Shown: positions 28,100 to 43,970 of the stretch, piece after piece
How the letters are laid out: each line of letters starts with the position of its first letter
Position numbering within the stretch: position 1 is the first letter of the stretch
Assembly (NCBI RefSeq): GCF_009914755.1
Contig: NC_060925.1
Origin: the human T2T-CHM13v2.0 reference genome, Homo sapiens
Direction: 5' to 3' (one strand)
DNA length: 64,000 nt
Notes under the pieces: generated by a model
What the model was told of the DNA's origin: nothing
Databases searched by the model: none
What the model saw: only the letters and a program-made list of their open reading frames with translations
Position numbers and translations under genes: made by a program

Positions 28100-29475
28100 T
28101 TGCCCGAGCCGACACGGCTTTTTGCCGCCATGGATTTTTGACCCCGCCGCTGCGGGTTTTTGCGGCTTTCTGCCCCCAGCCTCGCGGAATTTAGCACTCG
28201 CCGCCGCGGCTTTTTGGGGCTCTTTGCGCTCACCGCCGCGGCTTTTTGCCGCCGCGGCTTTTTGCATCTTTCTCCCCCCGCCGCCGCGGCTTTTTGCCCT
28301 CGCCGCCGCGGCTTTTTGCGGCCTTTTTCCCCCTGCTGTCGCAGCTTTTTGCCCCTGCCACCGCGAATTTTTCCGCAGCGGCTTTTTGTCACCGCCGCCG
28401 CCGCGCCTTTTTATGGCTTTTGGCCCCCGGCGCCGTGGCTTTTTACTGCTTTTCGCCCCCGCCTCCGCAGGTTTTTCCCTCCGCGGCTTCTTGCCCCTCC
28501 GCCGCGGCTTTTTGCCCCGCCGCCCCGGCTTTTTGCGGCTTTTTGCTGCCGCGGCTTTTGGCCCCCGCCACCGCGGCTTTTTACGCCTTTTCGCCCCCCG
28601 CCGCCGCGGCTTTTTTCCCCCGCCGCCGCAGCTTTTTCCAGCCGCGTCTTCTTGCCCCCACTGCCCTGGCTTTTTGCGGCTTTTTGCCCCCGCCACCGCA
28701 GCTTTTTGCCCCCGCAGCCGCGGCTCCTTGCCCCCTACGCGGCTTCCTGCCCCCGCCGCCGAGGATTTTTATCACCCCAGCCGCTTTTTGCCCCCGCCGC
28801 CACGGGTTTTTGCCCCTGCCGCTAAGGGTTTTTGAGGCTTCATGTCCCCGCCTTCGTGGCTTTTTGCCGCCCCTACTTTTTGCCCCCTCTGCCGCGGCTT
28901 TTGGCGGCTTTTTAGCCCCTGCGCCGCGGCTTTTTGCGGCTTTTGGCACCGGACGCCGCGGCTTTTTGAGGATTTCTGCCCCCGCCGCCGCGGCTTTTTG
29001 CCGCCGCCGCACCGTTTTGCCCCCGCCGCGCCTTTTTGGCCCCGCCGCCGTATCTTTTTGCCACCGCGGCTTCTTACCCCACCACCGCGGCTTTTTGCCC
29101 CTGCCGTCGCGGCTTTCTGCCCCCGACGCTGCGGCTTTTTATGGCTTTTTGCCGGCGTCACCGCAGCTTTTTGCCCCCGCCGCCGCGACTTTTTGCCCCC
29201 GCCACCGCAGTTTTTGTCGCCGGGGCTGTTTGCCTCGGCCGCCGTGGCTTGTTGCCCCCGTCGCCCCGGCTATTTCCCCCACCGCCCAGGCTTTTTGACT
29301 CCACCGTTGCGGCTTTTTGCGCCCGCCGCCGCGGCTTTTTGCCCCCATCACCACGGCATTTTCCCTGCTGCCGCGGCTTTTTACCGACGCGGCTTTTTGC
29401 TGCCGCCGCCACAGGTTTTTACCGCTGCGGCTTTTTCACCCCGCCGTTGCGGGTTTTTTCCCCCCACCACCGCGG
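28100..29475 (+). repeat. GC-rich, CpG-dense minisatellite, core GCCGCCGCGGCTTTTTGCCCCC (~22 bp with shorter variants)
   Basis: Dozens of degenerate GCGGCTTTTT units; + strand strongly A-depleted; many CCGCGG sites. Confidence 0.95.
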
Positions 29476-29627
29476 GTCTGTGGGCGGGATCGGCAGACTC
29501 GGCTGCCAGATCTACTGGCGTCCTGGCTAAGGCAGCGCCGAGGGCCACTCCTGGTCGAGCTCTCCCATTTCGGGGGTTCCTTGCCTAGACACCCACGCCC
29601 CAGGCTCTGTTCCTGGGCCGCTGCAGC

Positions 29628-29858
29628 CTGCATAGAGCGGCGCTGCACTTGGCCCCGATGGGAGAGGAGAAGGAGAGCGGTGGCGGGGGTGACGCAGCTA
29701 TCGCGGAGGGAGGCGCAAGGGTCGCAGCCAGCCAGGTGCTGCAGCAGTGCGGGCAGCTCCAGAAGCTCATCGGCATCTCCGTTGGCAGGCTGCGCGTGCT
29801 GTGCACCAAGTGCGCTGTGTCCAAGGACCTCACCCAGCAGGAGATACAGACCGTGCAG
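29628..29858 (+). pseudogene. KSR1: KSR1 exon 1 unprocessed pseudogene fragment, copy 1 (KSR1P-like)
   Basis: Translates [29 protein letters not shown]...[40 protein letters not shown], matching the recalled KSR1 N-terminus ([22 protein letters not shown]...[40 protein letters not shown]). 231 nt, followed by donor GTAAGG at 29859. First ATG is CTG; second ATG (29658) retained; no downstream KSR1 exons seen. Confidence 0.92.
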
Positions 29859-30682
29859 GTAAGGGGATTGGGGACCAGGGCTGGGCTCCAGCACCGGACT
29901 GGACATCTCCTTCGGGGCCCCAGTTCACTCCTGGCCGAGTTGCAACCTTGAGCCCGCGTCGCCCCCTTGGAGGCTTCTCCTCCCTCCTGCACTCGCTGAT
30001 TCGGCAGCCATAGGACGCGGGACCAGCCCTCACCTTGGGCAAGATTTGTGGGGCGGGTGCGTGTTGGGAACTGTGATGGAGGCTCAAGGGGCCCGTGGGT
30101 GGGGTGGGCTGCGCGTGGACATCCCCTTACGCCCGGAACTTCCATCTGGTGCAGCCTTCCCATCTTGTAGGTGAGGAAACCGAAGGTCTGAGGGAGAAAT
30201 GACTTGCCAGGAACCCCTGTTAAGGAAAATTAACAAAGTGTGGTTACCAAAGGAGAACTAAGTTCGGATTCAGACCTGGAGTCCCACACCCTTAGTTAAG
30301 ACACTATACCACCTTGAGTCTGGCCTGTTGACTGAGGGTGAGCCACTCCATCCTCGTCTGATTGTGGGGTCTTGACCTCAAGGGGTTTCCTGCAGGAAGA
30401 AGCAAATGGGTTTCCTTTCCTAGCTCTGTCCAGTACCTTAGGGACCTTGAGAAATGGAGAGATTCTTGGAGAGCCATCTGGTGTATGTCATGGGTGGGCC
30501 TTGTTTGAAGGTCAGTCTGCCCAGTGGGCTGGCTCAGCCCGAATGAACTGTCTTGAATCTTTGGAGATGTCTGTGTACTTTTAAGGGTTTCTCATCCTTG
30601 CACCAAAAGATCCCCGGGAAATTAGGTGGGAAAACCTTAACTTTTATGGAGCCTTGTATTTGTCTTAAAAGTTCATGCACAT

Positions 30683-30949
30683 AGCCAGGTGTGGTGGCTC
30701 ACGCCTGTTATCCTGTCCTGGATCCCTTGAGTCAAGGAGTTTGAGACCAACCTGGACAATATACTGAGACCCCATCTCTACAAAAAATAAAATATTAGCC
30801 AGGAGTGGTTGTGCACATCTGTAGTCCTAGCTACTACTGTGGCTGAGGCGGGAGGAGCACTTGAGCCCTGCACTGAGCTGTGATCTCACCAGTGTACTCC
30901 AGCCTGGGCCACAGAGCAACACCTTGACTCAAAAAAAAAAAAAAAAAAA
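30683..30949 (+). mobile_element. AluJ (internally deleted left arm)
   Basis: AGCCAGGTGTGGTGGCTCACGCCTGT...GGAGTTTGAGACCAACCTGG...CTCCAGCCTGGG plus poly(A). Confidence 0.88.
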
Positions 30950-31070
30950 CCAACAAGAAAAATTCTTGAAGATTTTGCATTCTGTCCCACTATCCATTGG
31001 TTTTCATGTCAAGATAATGTCAGAAATTCTTTACAATTGCTTCCAGAAGGAGTAGCCTTTTGATCTAGTG

Positions 31071-31263
31071 CACAGGTGTCCAGTCTTTTGACTTCTCAGG
31101 GCCACATTGGAAGAAGAATGCTCCTGGGCCACAGATAAAATACACTACTGCTAATGATAGTTGATGAGCTTAAAAAAAAAAAAGGTTTGTTCATAATTTT
31201 CATGATACCCACCACCACAGATAGGCGGAAAAGTCCTTGTAGTCAAAGGGTTGGACACGGCTG
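31071..31263 (+). mobile_element. MER30-type hAT-Charlie MITE with perfect 8-bp TSD
   Basis: Ends CACAGGTGTCCA... and ...TTGGACACGGCTG; flanked by ATCTAGTG at 31063-31070 and 31264-31271. Confidence 0.88.
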
Positions 31264-31629
31264 ATCTAGTGTCTTGTCGTCCGTTTTGGCTTCCTCCCTG
31301 ATTCCAGAATGCAGGTAGAGATGTAGAGACATGCTCTCAGGACAGCTGTTGAGATAAAAAAAAAATTCTTGTCATTTATTCCCAAGGACAGCTGTTTGCC
31401 ATTTGCATTGAAAAAGTCTCCATTCAAACTGCTGTCACATATAAAATCTATTTATATGTCTGTATTTTTCTGTTGTCTTGGCCTTTGTGGGCAGTAGTGT
31501 GTTTTAACCAAGCAAACTGTCCTTCCAAATAATGAAGCCGAAGTCAGCCTATCTGCTTGCCATTTTTCTTCCCCTTCCATTTCTCTAACCTCAGGATGAT
31601 TGTAAGAATGAATTAAGATTTGTGTCTAA

Positions 31630-31772
31630 GGCCGGGCACAGTGTCTCAGGCCTGTAATCTCTGCACTTTGGGAGGCGGAGACGGATGTATCATTTGATCT
31701 CAGGAGTTGAAGACCAGTCTGGGCAACATACTGAGACTCCGTCTTGTATAATTAAATTAAAATTTAAAAAAA
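31630..31772 (+). mobile_element. FLAM / free Alu monomer
   Basis: Single arm GGCCGGGCACAGTG...GGGCAACATACTGAGACTCCGTCT followed by an A-rich tail. Confidence 0.8.
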
Positions 31773-32650
31773 AGGAGAGAAAAGGAACTGTGTTTAAAAT
31801 TTTAAAAAAGGAGGGAAGGTGTAATGCAAAATGTGGACTATGCTAGCTATGATTGGGAAAACTAGTTTTTCATACAGCATTATCTGTTGACTTGTTTTAG
31901 CAGCATACTGATCATAAGCGTTTTGCTTTCCTCAAATATGATGAGGTAAGCTACTTTAAAGTGTGGTGGGGCTTTCTTCCACATGGCTCCTGGAGGTGTT
32001 GAGTCCCAATTTAGCCAATTAATTTGGGTTTAGTTTTGATATGGATAAGGGAGACCGGCTTCATTCATGATGCACACACAGTTTTGCCAGTAAGGAAAAA
32101 AAAAAGCAACCTGAATTTTCCTACACATTAGATGCTATCTGGAGAGCTCCTACCCCACCGCCACAAAGGCTCTGGCCCTTAAAAAGACTCAATGCAGCCT
32201 TTCTGCATCTCATACGGTATTCTGCAAGATGCTCCTGTGAAAGAAAGTTGTGCTGCATCAGCCATCTCCCTCCTGAAGATCCCTGCGGATGAGGATTTGT
32301 GTTTTAAAGGTTCTCAGAAGTCCTGCCACAACAGTTCTCAAACTTATTTGTCCAGGGGATCTTTTCTTCCACTGAACATAGTTGGGGAGACACGGCCTTA
32401 AGCCTTGAGCAGAGAAAGAGACAAGAAACTGTTGGCTCACTTACAACCAAGTGTTGTGTTTATGTTTTAGGTTTTTATGAAACTGAGGTGCTGTTTGAGG
32501 TTCTGAACCAAATTGGGTGGTTGAATAGAGGCTCGTAGCCCTGTAGACTTAGCCAGCCATGAGAGGTTGAGTTTTGTTGAAGGAGGTCTTTTACAAAGGG
32601 AAATAGGGTGTTTCCTGGGCATCACATTAGCACTTAAATACATGTATCGC

Positions 32651-33058
32651 TGAAATGAAATGAAATGATTAAATGATGACATGAAATGAAATGATGAAAT
32701 GAAATGATGAATTGATGAAGTGAAATGAAATGATATGATAAAATGATGAAATGTAATGAAATGATGAGATGAAATGAAATGGTGAAATGATGAAATGAAA
32801 TGCTGAAATGAAATGAGATGAAGAAATGAAATGATGAGGTGAAATGAAATGATGAAATGATGAAATGGAATGATGAAATGATGAAATGAAATGGTGCAGT
32901 GAAATGAGGAAATGAAATGAAATGAAATGCTGAAATGAAATGAAGTGAAATGGTGAAATGAAATGAAATGATGAAATGATGAAATGAAGAAATGGTATGA
33001 AAAGATAAAATGAAATGATGAAATGAAGTGAAATGATGAAATGATGAAATAATGAAAT
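32651..33058 (+). repeat. (GAAAT/GAT)n simple-repeat tract, ~400 bp
   Basis: Directly visible mixture of GAAAT pentamers and GAT trimers. Confidence 0.95.
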
Positions 33059-33258
33059 GAGGGGTGGAGCCAAGATGGCCTAATAGGAACAACTCCACTC
33101 TACAGCTCCCAGCATGAGCGACGCAGAAGATGGGTGATTTCTGCTTTTCCATCTGAGGTACTGGGTTCATCTCAGTAAGGGAGTGCCAAACAGTGGGTAC
33201 AGGACAGTGGGTGCAGCCCACCGTGTGGGAGCCGAAGCAGGGTGAGGCATTGCCTCAC

Positions 33259-33513
33259 TCAGGAAGCACAAGGGGTCAGGAAGTTCCCTTTCCTAGTCAA
33301 AGAATGGGGTGACAGATGGCACCTGGAAAATCGGGTCACTCTCACCCTAATACTGCACTTTTCCAACAGGCTTGGAAAACGGCACACCAGGAGATTGTGT
33401 CCCGCACCTGGCTCAGAGGGTCTTATGCCAATGGAGTCTTGCTGATTGCTAGCATGGCACTCTGAGATCAAACTGCAAGGCGGCAGCGAGGCTGGGGGAG
33501 TGGGGCCCGCCAT
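33259..33513 (-). CDS. L1 antisense ORF0-like reading frame, 84 aa, uninterrupted
   Basis: MAGPTPPASLPPCSLISECHASNQQDSIGIRPSEPGAG...RVTRFSRC matches recalled ORF0 (MAGAPPPASLPPCSLISDCCASNQRDSVG...); start context GCAATGG. Expression unknown. Confidence 0.65.
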   Translation of the reverse strand: MAGPTPPASLPPCSLISECHASNQQDSIGIRPSEPGAGHNLLVCRFPSLLEKCSIRVRVTRFSRCHLSPHSLTRKGNFLTPCAS

Positions 33514-34089
33514 TGCCCTGGCTTTCTTAGGTAAACAAAGCAGCCAGGCAGCTGGAACTGGGTGGAACCCACAACAGCTCCAGGAGGCCTGCCTGCCTCT
33601 GTAGGCTCCACCTCGGGGGGCAGGGCATAGACACACAAAATGTCAGCAGTAACCTCTGCAGACTTAAATGTCCCTGTCTGACAGCTTTGAAGAGAGTAGT
33701 GGTTCTCCCAGCACGCAACTGGAGATCTGACACTGGGCAGACTGCCTCCTAAAGTGGGTCACGGAACCCCGAGCAGCCTAACTGGGAGGCACCCCCCTGT
33801 AGGGACAGACTGACACCTCACTCGGCCGGGTAGTCCTCTGAGACCAAACTTCCAGAGGAATGATCAGACAGCTGAATTTGTGGTTCACGAAAATTCGCTG
33901 TTCTGCCGCCACTGCTGCTGATACCCAGGCAAACAGGCTCTGGCATAGACCTCTAGTAAACTCCAACAGACCTGCAGCTGAGGGTCCTGTCTGTTAGAAG
34001 GAAAACTAACAAACAGAAAGGACACCCACACCAAAAACCCATCTGTACATCACCATCATCAAAGGCCAAAAGTTGATAAAACCACAAAG

Positions 34090-35071
34090 ATGGGGAGAAA
34101 ACAGCAGAAAAACTGGAAACACTAAAAAGCAGAGTGTCTCTCCTTCTCCAAAGGAATGCAGTTCCTCACCAGAGAATAACTTTGACGATTTGAGAGAAGA
34201 AGGCTTCACATGATCAAACTACTGCGAGCTACAGGAGGAAATTCAAACCAATAGCAAAGAAGTTAAAAACTTTGAAAAACAATTAGACGAATGTATAACT
34301 GGAATAACCAATGCAGAGAAATGCTTACACGATCTGATGGAGCTGAAAGCCAAGTTTCGAGAACTACGTGAAGAAGGCAGAAGCCTCAGGCGCTGATGCA
34401 ATCAACTGGAAGAAAGGGTGTCAGTGATGGAAGATGAAATGAATGAAACGAAGGGAGAAGGGAAGTTTAGAGAAAAAAGAATAAAATGAAACGAACAAAG
34501 CCTCCAGGAATTATGGGACTCTGTGAAAAGACCAAACCTACGTCTGATTGGTGTACCTGAAAGTGACGGGGAGAATGGAACTAAGTTGGAAAACACTCTG
34601 CAAGATATTATCCAGGAGGACTTCCCCAATCTAGCAAGGCAGGCCAACATTCAGATTCAGGAAACACAGAGAACGCCACAAAGATACTCCTCAAGAAGAG
34701 AAACTCCAAGACACATAATTGTCAAATTCACCAAAGTTGAAATGAAGGAAAAAATGTTAAGGGCAGCCAGAGAGAAAGGTCAGGTTACCCACAAAGGGAA
34801 GCCCATCAGACTATCAGCTGATCTCTCGGCAGAAACTCTTCAAGCCAGAAGAGAGTGGGGGCCAATATTCAACATTCTTAAAGAAAAGAATTTTCAACCC
34901 AGAATTTCATATCCAGCCAAACTAAGCTTCATAAGTGAAGGAGAAATAAAATCCTTTACAGACAAGCAAATGCTGAAAGATTTGCTTGCCCTAAAAGAGC
35001 TCCTGAAGGAAGCACTAAACATGGAAAGGAACAACTGGTACCAGCCACTGCAAAAACATGCCAAATTGTAA
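34090..35071 (+). pseudogene. L1 ORF1, disrupted
   Basis: ATG at 34090 after ACCACAAAG; C-terminal KRPNLRLIGVPE...PLQKHAKL* intact; N-terminal part carries stops and small deletions. Confidence 0.93.
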
Positions 35072-35134
35072 AGACCATTGAGACCAGGAAGAAACTGCAT
35101 CAACTAACGAGCAGAATAACCAGCTAACATCATA

Positions 35135-38959
<3,825 letters not shown>

Positions 38960-41544
38960 ACAATGAGAACACATGGACACAGGAAGGGGAACATCACACT
39001 TCGGGGACTGTTGTGGGGTGTGGTGAGTGGGGAGGGATAGCATTAGGAGATATACCTAATGCTAAATGACGAGTTAATGGGTGAAGCACGCCAACATGGC
39101 ACATGAACACTTATGTTACAAACCTGCACATGGTGCACATGTATCCTAAAACTTAAGGCATAATAATAAAATAAAATAGAATAAAATAACAAAATATACA
39201 CTAATACAGATTAACCAACTAAAAAAATTGTGGAGAAAGGTCATTTAAAAAATATGAAGGATAGAGTAATAATCTAACACGTTGAAATCTAAGAAGGAGA
39301 AAACAGCTTGTCTGAACAGCATTTTAAGTGGCAATGTTAGAGGTTTTATCAAAATTGACCAATAATATTAAACGACAGGTTCAGGAGGCTTTTCAAAGCA
39401 AAGGAAAACTCACACAGAGGACACATCTAGAAACATAATGGGACAATTTCTGAAAAGTAAAAGAAAAATGTAAAGAGCACTTGATAAAAAAATTGGGCTA
39501 ACTACAAAGAGAAAGAGTTGACTGATAACAACTTTCTCAAATGAAACAACGAAAGCCAACAAGTGAGGTATTGATATCTTTCAAGTCCTGAAATAAAATA
39601 AGTGCTGACCTAGAACTGTCTACTTGGTGGACATATCCATCAAAAGCAAAGATACAATAAAGAATTTCTCCCAAGCAGACCCTCAGGAAAAGAAATACTA
39701 AAGATTATTCTTCAGGTAGAAGAGCCATGATCCCTGATGAAAGTTTGCAGTTAGAAGAACTATTTTTTAATGAAAGAAATAAACATAGAGATAAATTTAA
39801 TTGGATATTGACTGTATAACAGAATGCTATCTCATAAAGTTTAAAATGTATCTTCCATACAACAGCAGAAGCATATAAGTTGTGAGTTGGATAAATTAAT
39901 TTTAAAATATTGTCAAGTATTTTTTTTCTCCAAATAGACATATGTACCAATTATATTAGACTCTGAATTCAAGAATGCACGTTGTATTAAACCAGGTAAA
40001 ACATAACCAGACCAGATTTTTTAAATGGGCTCTCTTAAAGTTTTTATAATTTATATTCATATTTCACATATGTTGAAAGTAAATAATGGAAAAGCATGCA
40101 ATGCAAATATTAACCAAAATATAGCTTTAGTTGTACTTATATTCACATTTTAAAAGTTGGACACAGTTAAGTCTCAGTGATTTTCTTACACAACGGAGGC
40201 AACCTGTGCAGTTATAACTAGTATTATATTATGCTCTTGGCCTGATTACAGAAGGGAAAGGAGAGATCATACAAGACAATGGCAGAATGAAGCAACAAGG
40301 AGTAGAGTTACAGAACATGATGCTGTAACTGGGACTGGAGTTAAACTTTTAGAGTTAAAGAATAGTAAACTGGACAAAATATATGAAACATTTTTTTGAA
40401 GTACTGAACATCAGACAGCACAGGACTGTGCTCTGCAAGAGAAGAGACGGAGCCAGAATGAGTCCTGCTTTATTCCCAGATTCTCCGTGACAGCAGTAGA
40501 GAGGAATCCCAGAGAGAGCAGACATTGTCATTGCACTGAGGAACCAGATAAAAATCAAAAAAGGTTAAGCAGCTGGAATGTGTAGTAGAAGAGAATGTTT
40601 AAAGAAATAGGAACCAAGATTTAGCCTAAGGATTCTCCCAAGTCCCTAAGCCAAATGTACATAGGATGAAATTCTAAGGAGCTCAGCAAAGGACTCTACC
40701 AGGGAGTTGGAAGAAGAATAATTCCCTGGCATCACATGACAGGAAGACACGTTAGCTCTGACCAGCCAGAGAAGGGAATTCCCTCTGTACCTCCAGGATA
40801 TTCAGTAAAGACCACTGGAGGTTCATACCCTAGTAACAGTGCTCATTGAGCTCCAAATTACAGATGGCTCTAGACTAACTCCACAAAGTTTAAAGAGAAG
40901 ATTTAAAACAACAACAGACAAATACTCATCCTGAAGATACTGATCTGCCTGCCACAACATTGTTCAAAGGTAGCCAATAAAATCTAGATATTCAAGAGCA
41001 TAACATCAAAATACCCCAAAAAAAAAAAACTCTGACATGCAAAGAAGCCGTAAGATATATATAATTAAGATATATACTAACAGGATAAAAATAAGTCATT
41101 TATAAATGACAGAAAAGAAGAAAATTTCAAGGTCCTTACCGTAAATATATTTTACAAATACATATAGGTAAATACATATATATGTCAAGGTACTAAAATG
41201 AAAATTGAACATAGGAGAAAAATAGAAGTTATAAAATGAAAAATGTGACATGTATAGATGAAAAATAAATATTTGAAATAAAAATTCCATGAGATAGAAT
41301 AAGTAATGGATTTTACCCTAACATCAGAAAATTTATAGAAAAAAATAGAAGCTTTACGAACTAAAGGACAAAGGGTAAACTAAAATAAGAAAGCTAGAAA
41401 CTCACTGATACGTCAGACAATATGCAGCAGTGTAACATACATGTAATTAATATCTCAAAAAGGATGGGTGGGGCAATTATAGATGAATAAAGAATAGTAC
41501 ACTCATTCCTGAGGGCACCGAGGAGGGAGGATAGCTTTAGATTC

Positions 41545-41676
41545 CTAAGGGAGGATATTATGCATTCATGAAGGTCCAACCCCATGACCAAACACCTCCC
41601 AGAGAGCCCCACCTGCAACATTGGGGATCAAATTTTAACATGAGATTGGAAGGGACAAGCATTCAAACCATAGCAA
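41545..41676 (-). mobile_element. MST-type MaLR LTR fragment
   Basis: CCCATGACCAAACACCTCCC...CAACATTGGGGATCAAATTTTAACATGAGATTGG...CAAACCATAGCA. Confidence 0.7.
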
Positions 41677-43279
41677 AAATTAAATTTCCTTTTTAAGAAA
41701 ATCACTGATATGATTCCATTTCGCCATAGATAAAAACTAGTATTTCAGCCTACCATTGAGTGTGCTTATAGCTCACCAAAAGGGCACTCTGTCTCGGGAA
41801 TACAGATTTGCCTAGAGGTATCCTATTGCAGTCAAAGAAAGAGCAATGAGGGATAGAAAAGGTTATTGATGGAGACACCAGCGCTGCATTTTGCAACAAA
41901 CAATGTAAAAACTTTACGGATTAGTTCTGCTAACTTACTACAGTTTACATTCCTCTCAGGTGGGAGAATTGTTGCATTTTTTCTTAAGATAGAAAAGCAA
42001 TTCAGGTAATCTGAAATCTCCACAAGAAGGATAAGAAGCACAGCAGAAATTATTCTATGCAGGAGGTCAATCCTTTCAACTGTCTTTGCTCCATAGAAAC
42101 AATTGTCTGCACTGGGAGTCATATGAGGTACAGACAACAGCCAGACCTCTGATCCTCTCATTAGTGATTTCAGAAGAAATTACCAGTCAACTGAGTAACT
42201 CACTGAGTATAGTAAACATTTGGCACTGAAAGAGGTTAGACGGATAACTATTTGTATCACCGTATTCATAAAGCTGGAATATTTTCCATTAGTGGTATCA
42301 CATCCGAATGGAAGATGTTAAAAGGTCTCTCATGTTGTAAGATGGCTATGAAAGAACATTTTCTGAGAAATGCAATTAATAACACACCTGCGAGGTGGAT
42401 GGAAGAGAAAAAAAAGAATAATCAGCTTGAGTTATTCTCCTTGATAAGAGAACTCACTAAAAACATAATGAGAAAAATACAAATTTAAAATAATTAAGCA
42501 GAAGAAGACGACTCTATAGATTTTAAATTGCTGACAAGATTTTAATTTGCTCCAAGTTGAAAATAATTATATTCCTTGTGTTTTAAGGCACATAATGAGC
42601 AATTATATCACACATGATAGTTTCAGCAGTAAAATGTCCGTTAACAGCTGGAACTCATAAAAGCATAGCACAATGTGAAGATGGAATTTGCTCAAATAAG
42701 CCATCTGCTGAAAACTCATATTCTGCAAATTTATAAATAAAGTTTAAATGTTATTTGTCTTATTTAATAGGTCTGTGAAAAAAATGCGCTATTTGAAAAT
42801 TAGCTGCTACCTTAGTTCTTTATATTAGACGGCTGTTTACAGTAATGCACAGTAAGGTGCTACATAGATATATTGCTAAATTTTCTGCATATGCTATGCA
42901 TTTGGCTTAAATTATTTGAAATTTTATAGTTAAAATAACAAATTTATATTTAAATGTTTTGACACAAATTGCAAATATACCTTTAAAAAGCGTCTTACAC
43001 TCTAAATATTATTTGTCACCTACATAATTGTCTTTTCTCTATAGGAAAGTTTAAAATTTTCCCTTGAAGCTTTAATTATTTGAGTCTATAAAACAAACTG
43101 ATAATGTCCAAATTAATAGGAAAAAAAGGTTTACAGATATGTGCACAAGTATGCACTTGGAGTTTACATAACATATAAATATATCTATACAAATATTTGT
43201 ATATTATAAAGAGATATACAAATATATACTCTTTATATAAAAACTCGAGGAAAGGCAAGGTAGTCAACACGCCTATGCT

Positions 43280-43970
<691 letters not shown>

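Larger units (their letters stand above)
27962..30237 (+). repeat. Segmental duplication copy 1 (paralogous to 63042-64000)
   Basis: Colinear homology from TCAAGATAACAT.TGGGTTCTTAGC to CAGGAACCCCTGTTAAGGAAAATTAACAA; offset 33,760 bp at the exon. Confidence 0.95.

Noticed and set aside
27962-29588. Overlapping 130-350 aa ORFs resembling histone H1 or protamine
   Set aside because: Stops are rare because of the minisatellite's A/T strand skew; ORFs overlap on both strands; similarity is compositional only.
32651-33058. GAAAT tract as a displaced piece of HSat2/3
   Set aside because: The unit is GAAAT plus GAT rather than GGAAT plus ATC and lacks TCGA; likely an independent simple repeat.
32634-33221. 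His/Phe/Ile-rich minus-strand ORFs
   Set aside because: Translation of the (CATTT/CAT)n repeat plus the L1 5' UTR.
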